A DNA stretch of 63,293 nucleotides, the filler included, from Stramenopiles sp. TOSAG23-3 (Eukaryota), in NCBI GenBank assembly GCA_900128585.1. It is 15 parts of 15 records of this genome, joined end to end, with 100 filler letters (N's around TTAATTAATTAA, not from the genome) between each part and the next. Parts side by side here need not be neighbours in the genome. Positions count along the whole stretch, not along the records: positions 32,257 to 37,510 come from LT643569.1; positions 37,611 to 42,858 come from LT643570.1; positions 42,959 to 48,204 come from LT643571.1; 12 more parts are not named here. The stretch is one strand, 5' to 3'. Shown piece after piece: positions 34,045 to 43,038 of this stretch; position 1 is the stretch's first letter; the number at the start of each line of letters is the position of its first letter. The notes beneath the pieces were generated by a model. That model saw only the letters and a list, made by a program, of their open reading frames with translations, was not told where the DNA came from and searched no databases. A program made the position numbers and the translations under genes.

Positions 34045-34491
34045 ATGAAATTCAATCATTGCTTTTGTTTTCTCTTGTTGGCTGTTCTTGGAACTGTACA
34101 GGGAGATGGTCCCCCGCCTGGACCTAAAAACCAAGCGAAATGCCCGGTTACTGGGGAAGACATAGCCATTGCGTCGAGCACTGCCAGTGTTCAATTCACC
34201 CATGGTCAAAAGCTATACTTTTCTTCGGAAAATGCAGCAAGCTTGTACCAGAAGAACCCACGAAACTTCTGGTTGTCTCCCCACGAGCTGCCTTTGAAAG
34301 GGCCGGACGGGAAAAGGGGACTGCCTGATATGCGCAACGCCACTGTTGTGTGTCCGTCTTCGGGTGAGAATTTTACTGTTACCATGTCGACTCCTCGAGT
34401 CATTCATAGGTACGGACAGAATGTATTCTTCTGTTGCTTTGGGTGTGTTAGCGAGTTCTGGACGAACCCAGAGTCCATGATTGAGTCCTAG
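34045..34491 (+). CDS. Small secreted protein with two YHS/TRASH-like repeats
   Basis: Signal peptide (MKFNHCFCFLLLAVLGTVQG); CPVTG..GQKLYFSS..A..YQKNP and CPSSG..GQNVFFCCFGCVSEFWTNP. Confidence 0.75.
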   Translation: MKFNHCFCFLLLAVLGTVQGDGPPPGPKNQAKCPVTGEDIAIASSTASVQFTHGQKLYFSSENAASLYQKNPRNFWLSPHELPLKGPDGKRGLPDMRNATVVCPSSGENFTVTMSTPRVIHRYGQNVFFCCFGCVSEFWTNPESMIES

Positions 34492-34731
34492 GCAGCAACG
34501 CCCTTCAAGTGCTCTATTTATCTTTAATAAATTATAAAGAAAAGGAGGCTTGGTATGCTAAATTTTGAGTAATTAAAAACAAGAAAATTGGCTGTTATTT
34601 GCTTTAAAAAATGTTTTGTAGCAAAAACAATCAAAATAAGAACGCGAGTGCTTCGTAAGATCGCCTTACTCTCAGGCCCTCCGAGCAGTACCACGCTCTA
34701 ACCGCACGCGCGGCACTTGGTCTTTCTTTTT

Positions 34732-37510
34732 TTACTTTCCCTCCGCCCTCGTGCCATTCCCAATCAACCCTTTCAAGTACTCGCTGGTCTTCTCGCCCGT
34801 CTCGTTTACTAAATCCAAGAACGACCCATCTTTCTTTATCAACTCTTGGGGCGAGCCGAATTGGTCGACCGTTCCTTCGTTGAGCACAAGAATGAGGTCA
34901 CACCCCACGACTGTGTGAAGCCGGTGCGCAATAATTATCATGGTACAGTTCTGAAACGCTTCCCGGATAGTTTCGCCTATCAACGCGTCGGTTGCCATGT
35001 CCACGGAGGCAGTCGCTTCGTCCAGGGCTATTATTTTTGTGCCTCGCAACAGCGCCCTTGCAAAGCAAACCAATTGGCACTGGCCCTGCGAAAAGTTTCC
35101 CCCACCCTCTTCCACCAGTGTTTCCAGCTGTTTTGGGAGCTCTTTGATGAATTCGGCCAGGTGAACTTTCGCAAGGACTCCCCAGATTTCAGCGTCCGTT
35201 TTTTCTTCGAACGGGTCCAGGTTTGAACGAAGGGTTCCGATGAACAGAATCGGGTCTTGCGGAATAATCGAAAGTTTGCTCCGCAGTTGGTGCAGCTCCA
35301 CTGCCGACGTCTCGACGCCGTCAATCTTTATGCTCCCCCTGATTTCGTCCAGCATCCGCCAGAGGCACAGCGTCAGGCTTGACTTCCCGCTCCCGGTCCT
35401 GCCACAGATTCCAAGCTTTTTCCCGCCGGGAAGGGCGAAGGAGACGCCCTTGAGCACCTCCGGCAGTCCTGCGCGGTAGCGAGCCCTGACGTTCTTGAAC
35501 AATATTTCCCCCTGCGCAGGCCAACTTTTGCTAGGAACGTCTTTGCTGGTGTTCTTGCCTTTTTCGTTCGCCTCCACTTTCACATTTTCCTCGAATGCCG
35601 TCAGCCTCTCCACCGACGTCATCAATGCCTCGCTCTCGGCAATCAGGCGGGTGCCGTACTGAAACACCCCGCCCATCTGCAAGGCGTACACAATGCAGAG
35701 GGCGGACAGGGAAGGCGAAATGCTGCTCCGCATGCAAGTGCAAATGAGTGCGGTGACCGTCACAATGCAGGTGGTGATGAGGTCCAGCCGAAAACCAATC
35801 CAGCGGTTCGCCATGCCAAAGGCCCAATTTGCCCTGCTTGCATTGTCACTGTAGGCTCTTTCCTGCTGCAAAAACCTTCCCATGTACTTGAACGCCCGAA
35901 TGGTGCACAGGCCCCTTGCTGTGGACCCAATGTGCCCAAACAGTGGGCCCTTGGACATGTTGTCCATCCGTTTCAGCTGTCGAACCACGTGACGAAAGTG
36001 AAGCGCCAAGTACGCGTACACGACGACGAGCGGGATCAGGGGAATCAAAAACCACGTTGTGATTATGGATATAAGAATCACGCTGGCAACGCACCGGCAG
36101 AGGAGTGTGTAGCACTGCTCGGTCGTCCCGGGCAGAAGGGTGTCGATGACGTCCAAGTCGGAGCTAAAGTTTGACAGGATGCGACCCATTGGCGTCACAT
36201 CGAAGAAGCTCATGGCGCCCTGCAAAACCCGTCGAAACACGCGGTCGTGCAGCCCTCGGCTCGCCACAAGGGCGTGAAGATGGTAAAATGCGGACGAGGC
36301 CATGAAAATGAGGCTCACGGCGCAGCCTAGACCAAAGTAAATGCCTGCGTACTTTGCCTGGGTTAGGCCGGCAAACGCCCGCTCGGTCCATTTGGCAAGG
36401 AACCAGTCGGTCGCGACAGTGGCAAACTGGTAGGAAAAGCTCAGCAAAATGTAGCAGATGAACACTGGCCTCCCCCCTGCGGCACGGATCCAATTTTTCA
36501 CGGTATCTATGGACACGCTCCCGCTCTTTCGCTTCTCTTCTTCTATCAGCTTGCCCTTTTCCAGCTTCGCGGACAGCGCGCTTTTGCTGTCACCCTCGTC
36601 CACGCTCAAGTTGATCCCTGCAGTGGTCAACTCCCCCGAAATGGACCGTGCCCTCAGCTGAGACTCCGAAATGGAGGAGGTGGACGACAAGGCTCGAAGG
36701 TCAGAATTTCTTCTCTCTTCCTCCTCGTTCTCGGATGTTTCGCCGTTGTCCATCAACGAATCGAACAGGGAATGGACCTCGTCGTACGTTCCCTCCTTAA
36801 CGATTTTCCCCTTCTCCAAAACTGCGATGGAATCGCACTCATGCAGGAACTGAGTCTGGTGCGTCACAAGAACGCGCGTTTTCCCATCCATCAAAGGCCC
36901 GCATATTGCTTGTTCCATTAGGTGTTTCCCGACATGGACGTCCACCGCAGACAATGGATCGTCCAGAAGAACAATGTCCGAGTCGGAATACACGGCCCGG
37001 GCCAGAGAAATCCTCGCCTTTTGCCCTCCGCTCAAGTTGACGCCCCTCTCCCCAATTTCTGTCAGGTCCCCGGCCGGGAGGGCGTCCAAGTCCGTGTCCA
37101 GGCAGCAGGCCGCAAGAACTTGGAGGTACCGCCCCTTGTCCATCTTCAAGCCGAACAGAATGTTTTCTTGAACGGTGCCGTTAAAAATCCAACTTTCTTG
37201 CATGCAAATCGCGACCGAACCCTTCATTTCGACGCCCTGGCCTGAAACCTGTTCCATGTGGCCAAGCATGCTGCCCACCAGGAGCGAGGATTTCCCAGAC
37301 CCGACCGGTCCGACGATTCCCACCAACGCCCCCGCTTTGACCGTCAAATCAATGTTCTCGAGCCGCCCGCTGTCGTTCGAATCGACCTGTTTCGGCTCTT
37401 CCTTCGTCTCTCTGCTCGCCGCCGCTTTCCCCTTTGCGTTCGTTCCCACGGCCGTTGCCGCGTTCGCGGAGACCAGAGACCACTCAAAGGTTCCCTTAAC
37501 CTTGATGGCG
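34732..37510 (-). CDS. ABC transporter, ABCC/MRP subfamily (NBD1-TMD2-NBD2; 5' truncated)
   Basis: GPVGSGKSS, EIGERGVNLSGGQKARISLARA, LLDDPLSAVD, FFDVTPMGRIL, CGRTGSGKSS, IIPQDP, NFSQGQ, LDEATASVD, IAHRL. Confidence 0.96.
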
Positions 37511-37630
37511 NNNNNNNNNNNNNNNNNNNNNNNNNNNNNNNNNNNNNNNNNNNNTTAATTAATTAANNNNNNNNNNNNNNNNNNNNNNNNNNNNNNNNNN
37601 NNNNNNNNNNTATTTTTTGGGTTAAAAGAA

Positions 37631-40600
37631 TTAGATTCCAAGGAACAACATTGACACCATCAACACTCCGCATAAGTACAGCTGTGGCCGGTAATGACTG
37701 GCAGCGCTCAATTCATTCGGCGCGGCAGTGGTCGAAGGGCTTCCGGCCGGTGACGGGCTATCACCAGATGGCGACGGGCTTCCTGCTGGAGATGGCGACG
37801 GGCTTCCAGAGGCCGCACACATTCTATCTGCTGTCGCAGAACCCGCGCTGCTTTCCACTTCGGTGGTAGTGTTGCATATGGTCCAATTCGTGCAGGTGTT
37901 CTGGTTGGACGCAGCAGAAAATTGCCCGCTGGGGCATGCTACGCAGGTACGGTCTGCGCTGCCTGTACCGTTGGCCGCTATCTTTTGGCCCGCGACGCAA
38001 GTTGTCCACGCGGTGCACGAACCTTCGTTAGCATCCGCAGAATATTTTCCAGCCGTACAACTACTGCAAACACGATTCGAGGTACTCGTTCCGTTTGTAG
38101 AGATGTGCTGTCCGGTGGTGCAATTTGTCCACGGTGTACATGAATCTTCGTTAGCACTCGCAGAAAATGTCTCGGCAGCGCAAGGCGTGCATACTCGGTC
38201 GGTGATATTGGTGGCATTTTGAGAAACATAGTACCCAACAGAACAATTTTTCCAAGCGTGACACGTTCTGCTAGAGGTGTTGCGATAGACATTAGCGTCA
38301 ATACATTTACATACTAGTGTGTTGAGGTGCGAAAGAGTACATCCTGCCTCGCCTGTTACACTGTTGGGTGGTGCAGCAGCCCCCGGATTGCATGTTTTGT
38401 TGCACACCAAATTGGCGTGGGTATTTTGGAATACATTTGTACCCATACTAGTCACAGATTCAGGGATATTGATAGATTTCAGGCTGGTGCATCCCAAGAA
38501 TGCTTCCTTGTTAATGCTGCTCACAGAATCCCCCAAATTCACAGATTTCAGGCTGGTGCAATCCTTGAATGCGTAATCACCCAGACTGCCTACAGAGTGT
38601 CCAATGACAATCGATGTCAAGCTGTTGCAACCCTTGAACGCATAGTCACCAATAGTCGTCACCGAATCTGAGATGTTCACCGAAGCAAGGCTGGTGCACC
38701 CAAGGAATGCCTGCTCACCGATCACAGTCACAGAATCCGGAATATTTATCGTTGTTAAGCCGGTTTCCCTGAATAATTGATAATTAATCGTGTTGATAGA
38801 GTCTGGGATGGTCACCGATGCCAAACTAGAGCAAAGCACAAATACACTATTCCCCATACTGGTCACCGAGTTCGGGATATTCACTGATGTCAAGTTACAA
38901 AAACAGAAGGCACCGGTACCAATGCTTGTCACAGAATCAGGGATACTCAACGAAGAAAGGCCGGTGCATCCGTAGAATGCTTCGTTGCTAATAGCACTGA
39001 CAGAGCCCGGGATTGCCACTGATTTTAGGCTGGTGCATCCCTTGAATGCTTGTGGTCCAATACTGGTATCCGTGATATTAATGTCTACGTGCCCACTGCC
39101 GTCTGGTGTATAGAGGCACCCAGCTGCGGCAGGTCGAAATAAAACGGCAACAACAAACGCACAGAATACAATTCGCACGTTATTCTTTAACAAGAAGAGA
39201 CGAAGCATACTAAATCGCAACCGACGCTCCATTCCAAACCATGTCGATGCCATCAACACTCCGTAGAGGTATATACTTGGCCCGGAACGACTGGCAGCGC
39301 TTAATTCATTAGGCACATCGGTGGTGGAAGCATTGGCTGCCGGGGATGGCGAGCTTCCTGCCGGCGATGGCGAACTTCCTGCCGGTGACGGGCTATCACC
39401 AGATGGCGAAGGACTTCCGGCCAAAGCGCATACTCTATCCGCGGTGGCAGAACCTGCGCTGCTTTCCACTTCGGTGGTAGCGTTGCATGCAGTCCAATTC
39501 GTGCAGGTGTTCTGGTTGGACGCGGTAGAGAATTTCCCAGTCGGGCAAGCTTCGCAGGTACGGTCGATGGATGCAGTCCCGTTCGCGGCTATCTTCTGGC
39601 CTGCTACGCACTGGGTCCACGCGGTGCAAGAGAAAGCGTTGGCGGTGGTGGAATACTTCCCGACAGTGCAGCTGCTGCATACACGGTCGGTGTTATTGGT
39701 TCCGTTGGCAGAGATGCGATAGCCGGCGGTGCAATTCGTCCAAGCGGTGCATGAATCTTCGTTGGCAGTCGCGGAATATGCTCCAGTACCGCAAGGTGCG
39801 CATACTCGGTCAGTGAAATTGGTTCCATTCGAGGAAACGTACTCTCCTGCTGTGCAAGAGGTCCATGGAGAACATGATAGAGGGGTGGGAGGGGGGGGCA
39901 AAAGAGCCTCGCTTACGTCTTCTCTAAATTCACCACTGGGGCAGTCATCACTTGTACCACACAAAACTCCATAATTTGTGTTTGCCCGAGCAGAGCATGT
40001 CCCAGCAAAAGGGGGGACGCTGCATGGTTTGGCGCCACATCCGCTGGGGGTTTCATATTTGTTGGTTCCGCCTGAACCATCGTACCCGTAGAAATTATTC
40101 GCCGTTTCATCTATATTTGTGAAGTTGGTATTGACCAGTGTGATGGATGGGGTACCATGAGATGAATGTTTCCGTGTCATAATCTGATGCCCATGATGGC
40201 TTGTATCTGCGTCGTTCTTAATAAATGTACATTCTCTAATGAACATAGTAGCATTCCAATAAAGATAAATTCCACCCCCACCATATTTAGCATCACTTCC
40301 CGTCGTTTGTTTATTATGTTCAAATAATGTTCGTGTCATTTTCAAAGTACTGCCCCGTTGACCAGCACCATATATTTCAATACCTCCTCCTACATTTACT
40401 GCTTCGTTCATAGTAAATAAATCATTGATCATTGTACTACCCTCCTTGAGATAGTATAAATTCATTGCACCCCCACTGTGACCTGCCGTGTTTTTAACGT
40501 ATTGGACATTATAGCTATTGAGTATTCCATCCCATAAGGAGAGAGCACCACCATAAAGAATAGCACTGTTCCTTATAAATTTTGTATTCGTCAAAGAGAC

Positions 40601-41017
40601 CAAAACATTTTTAGTGGTTTCATCATTAGCGTAGATAGCGCCTCCGTAGATAGCGCCACTGTTGTTATAAAACACACAATGGGTAATATTCAAATGGCCA
40701 GCGAAGTTATTAATATAAATAGAACCGCCATGGACATCACCAGTAGGGGCACCCGCTGTCATGTTCAACCATGTCAGTGTCAACGTATGCGCACCGTTCA
40801 CTTTAAAGTGCCGTGCGTCGCTTGCTGCAACCAACGTCGTGTACGTATTCTCGTTTCCCGTGATACTTAAATCACCGTCTACAAATACTTCACCCGACAT
40901 AGGCGCGCAGTCATTTGAAAGCGTAAACACCCCACTCGTATCGGCACAGTTCCACTCCCCCGCCAGTGCAACCCCAACGAAGCTGGCGACAAATAAAACA
41001 CGGGAAATGATTTCCAT
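37631..41017 (-). CDS. Cell-surface protein ORF made of two complete modules: [signal, PMP-like beta-helix, Cys-rich TNFR/GCC-like repeats, SP linker, GPI-like tail] then [signal, BspA/LRR_5 repeats, Cys-rich repeats, SP linker, GPI-like tail]
   Basis: ATG 41017 MEIISRVLFVASFVGVALA; FxxN/GGAI repeats; C..WT.C..G repeats; BspA repeats (IPDSVTSIG..AF..CTSL); two homologous tails NELSAAS..LY/CGVLM. Confidence 0.88.
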   Translation of the reverse strand: MEIISRVLFVASFVGVALAGEWNCADTSGVFTLSNDCAPMSGEVFVDGDLSITGNENTYTTLVAASDARHFKVNGAHTLTLTWLNMTAGAPTGDVHGGSIYINNFAGHLNITHCVFYNNSGAIYGGAIYANDETTKNVLVSLTNTKFIRNSAILYGGALSLWDGILNSYNVQYVKNTAGHSGGAMNLYYLKEGSTMINDLFTMNEAVNVGGGIEIYGAGQRGSTLKMTRTLFEHNKQTTGSDAKYGGGGIYLYWNATMFIRECTFIKNDADTSHHGHQIMTRKHSSHGTPSITLVNTNFTNIDETANNFYGYDGSGGTNKYETPSGCGAKPCSVPPFAGTCSARANTNYGVLCGTSDDCPSGEFREDVSEALLPPPPTPLSCSPWTSCTAGEYVSSNGTNFTDRVCAPCGTGAYSATANEDSCTAWTNCTAGYRISANGTNNTDRVCSSCTVGKYSTTANAFSCTAWTQCVAGQKIAANGTASIDRTCEACPTGKFSTASNQNTCTNWTACNATTEVESSAGSATADRVCALAGSPSPSGDSPSPAGSSPSPAGSSPSPAANASTTDVPNELSAASRSGPSIYLYGVLMASTWFGMERRLRFSMLRLFLLKNNVRIVFCAFVVAVLFRPAAAGCLYTPDGSGHVDINITDTSIGPQAFKGCTSLKSVAIPGSVSAISNEAFYGCTGLSSLSIPDSVTSIGTGAFCFCNLTSVNIPNSVTSMGNSVFVLCSSLASVTIPDSINTINYQLFRETGLTTINIPDSVTVIGEQAFLGCTSLASVNISDSVTTIGDYAFKGCNSLTSIVIGHSVGSLGDYAFKDCTSLKSVNLGDSVSSINKEAFLGCTSLKSINIPESVTSMGTNVFQNTHANLVCNKTCNPGAAAPPNSVTGEAGCTLSHLNTLVCKCIDANVYRNTSSRTCHAWKNCSVGYYVSQNATNITDRVCTPCAAETFSASANEDSCTPWTNCTTGQHISTNGTSTSNRVCSSCTAGKYSADANEGSCTAWTTCVAGQKIAANGTGSADRTCVACPSGQFSAASNQNTCTNWTICNTTTEVESSAGSATADRMCAASGSPSPSPAGSPSPSGDSPSPAGSPSTTAAPNELSAASHYRPQLYLCGVLMVSMLFLGI

Positions 41018-41084
41018 TTTTGAAAGCCTACGGGTACCCAACAGCAAAGTACGTCTTCTCGCTTTCTCTAACACCTGCAAGTAA

Positions 41085-41556
41085 GGCTGGTCTTAGAGCT
41101 GCGTGGGAGAGGGTTCTGTTGCAACGAACTCGACTTGCGTAAACTTCACGGGCGCTTATGCGAAGAACTGTCAGCGGCTGGTCTTAGAGCTGCGTGGTAA
41201 GAAGTCCGGTAAAGCGTTCGGTTGTTGCGTAAACTTCACGGGCGCTTATGCGAAAGTTACTAGGAGACTTAGAGAACTGTCAGCGGTTGCAGCGAACTCG
41301 AACAGCTACGCGAAAGTTTCTATAAAACTGTAGGCAAACGGTTGTTCTGCGAAAGTTTCTATAAAACTGGAACGGTGTTCTGCGAAAGCTTCTAAACACT
41401 GTAGGTAAACGGCGAGAAGACTTAAAGAACTGTCAGCGGCTTCGGTTGCAACGAACTCGAACAGGTACGCGAAAGTTTTTTATAAAACTGTAGGTAAACG
41501 TACTTCTGTGAAAGTTTCTATAAAACTGTAGGTAAACGGTGTTCTGTGAAAGTTCT
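41085..41556 (+). repeat. Complex mosaic tandem repeat (blocks GGCTGGTCTTAGAGCTGCGTGG, TTGCGTAAACTTCACGGGCGCTTATGCGAA, AGAACTGTCAGCGG, GCGAAAGTTTCTATAAAACTGTAGGTAAACG)
   Basis: Each block is read two or more times, in shuffled order. Confidence 0.88.
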
Positions 41557-42080
41557 GCGTTTCTCTTGTGAAGAAACTATTCTTTCATTGAAATGATAAC
41601 GGACTGCCCGAAAGGGATCTTATGCGCAAGTTGGAAAAAAAATGTTTGTCTATGATATAGCATCATGTCCGATAGGATCCGATCTGCGTGCATACTGTAC
41701 TTCATCGTAATTTTTACGCTCTATAGGATTAACGTCATCATAGCATGAACGGTCAATTAAATAAATGATGGGCGCCCTCTATTTCTATGTGCATACTATA
41801 CTTCATTGTATTCTAGGGAGATAACCTCCTGTTCCCCCACTATTACAGGCCTATAAGACCTTCTGTGTAAGCCTAGCTGATCTCGATTTAGAAATTTATT
41901 TTTTCATAATATACAAATACGTACATGGTCTTAATAATTAATTAAATAAATCATGAATTTCCCAGCGGAGTGCCTATTTTTTAAACATTAAAATAATTAG
42001 CATGCAGACAGCACTAAGTTTTGTAGTATTATAGCATATTCTCCTTTTACATGCTAAGTCGAGGAAAAGCGTCAAAGGTC

Positions 42081-42257
42081 GTCAAAGTTTTGTCAAAGTC
42101 ATTTAACATAGCCACAACAGGTTGTCAAAGATATCAAAGAGAAATTTATTGAGAAAACTTTTAACAAAAATAAACAAAAGAGTTTGCAGCATAGCAACCC
42201 TTTGATTTCTTTGACATAATGCTGTGGCCTGTTAAATGACTTTGACAAAACTTTGAC
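42081..42257. repeat. Imperfect inverted repeat, arms of about 58 bp (42081-42139 and 42200-42257), MITE-like
   Basis: GTCAAAGTTTTGTCAAAGTCATTTAACA..GCCACA..TGTCAAAGA.ATCAAAG pairs with its reverse complement across a 60-nt spacer. Confidence 0.88.
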
Positions 42258-42591
42258 AGCGTAAGTGGCCCGAAAACCTAGTGCCATACTCTTAAGAAAT
42301 TTACAGAAAAATAATACAAACCTTTTTGGAGTTAATCTCTATTTCATAGGCCGACATGAAAAAGTCGAGGAAAAGCGTCAAAGTTTTGTCAAAATTAGCA
42401 TCTTAGGCATTTTATTTCATCGCCCTATGAAATATGTTTTATTATACATTATAGTACAACAAACTGGCCCGACCGATGCCCATGGCGTGGCCCGATACTG
42501 CGCAGCAACCGTCCCTCTCTCGGTTTATATATTTTTTTACAAACCTTTGTTTTTTCGGACTATATATATAACCCAGATATCTTTATAAAAA

Positions 42592-42810
42592 ATGAGCATT
42601 TCATTCGAATTCACAGAAGACAAAATCCGAGACCCCGCAGAGCATGAGATCCGAATTCAAGCGGATAAACCGAATTCCTTCGGCAAAAAATTCGCCAACA
42701 CAACTTGGGAGGTCGTCTACAACGAAGTGAAGGAGGGGTACGACAAGGGCGAGTTCAAGGCGTACTACGAGGTACCTTATGCAGCGACGTATCCCACCGG
42801 CAGTGGCTGA
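42592..42810 (+). CDS. Small hypothetical protein, 72 aa
   Basis: ATG after AT-rich TATATATA..TTTATAAAAA; codon usage looks coding-like; no family recognised. Confidence 0.45.
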   Translation: MSISFEFTEDKIRDPAEHEIRIQADKPNSFGKKFANTTWEVVYNEVKEGYDKGEFKAYYEVPYAATYPTGSG

Positions 42811-42958
42811 ATCTGCTGGGGTGGCCGTGCATTCTGTTGTATGTGATTGGACTTCCCGNNNNNNNNNNNNNNNNNNNNNNNNNNNNNNNNNNNNNNNNNN
42901 NNTTAATTAATTAANNNNNNNNNNNNNNNNNNNNNNNNNNNNNNNNNNNNNNNNNNNN

Positions 42959-43037
42959 ATGGAATTCACATATTTAAAGAAACGAAAATATCAAGAAAAA
43001 AATACCTAGGAAATTTAAAATTAAATCACAAAAAGAC
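42959..43037 (+). repeat. Left arm of 79-bp perfect contig-terminal inverted repeat
   Basis: Exact reverse complement of 48126-48204. Confidence 0.96.
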
Positions 43038-43038
43038 G

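Noticed and set aside
41085-41556. Possible CRISPR array
   Set aside because: No constant repeat with unique equal-length spacers, the intervening blocks are themselves repeated, there are no cas genes, and the context is eukaryotic.
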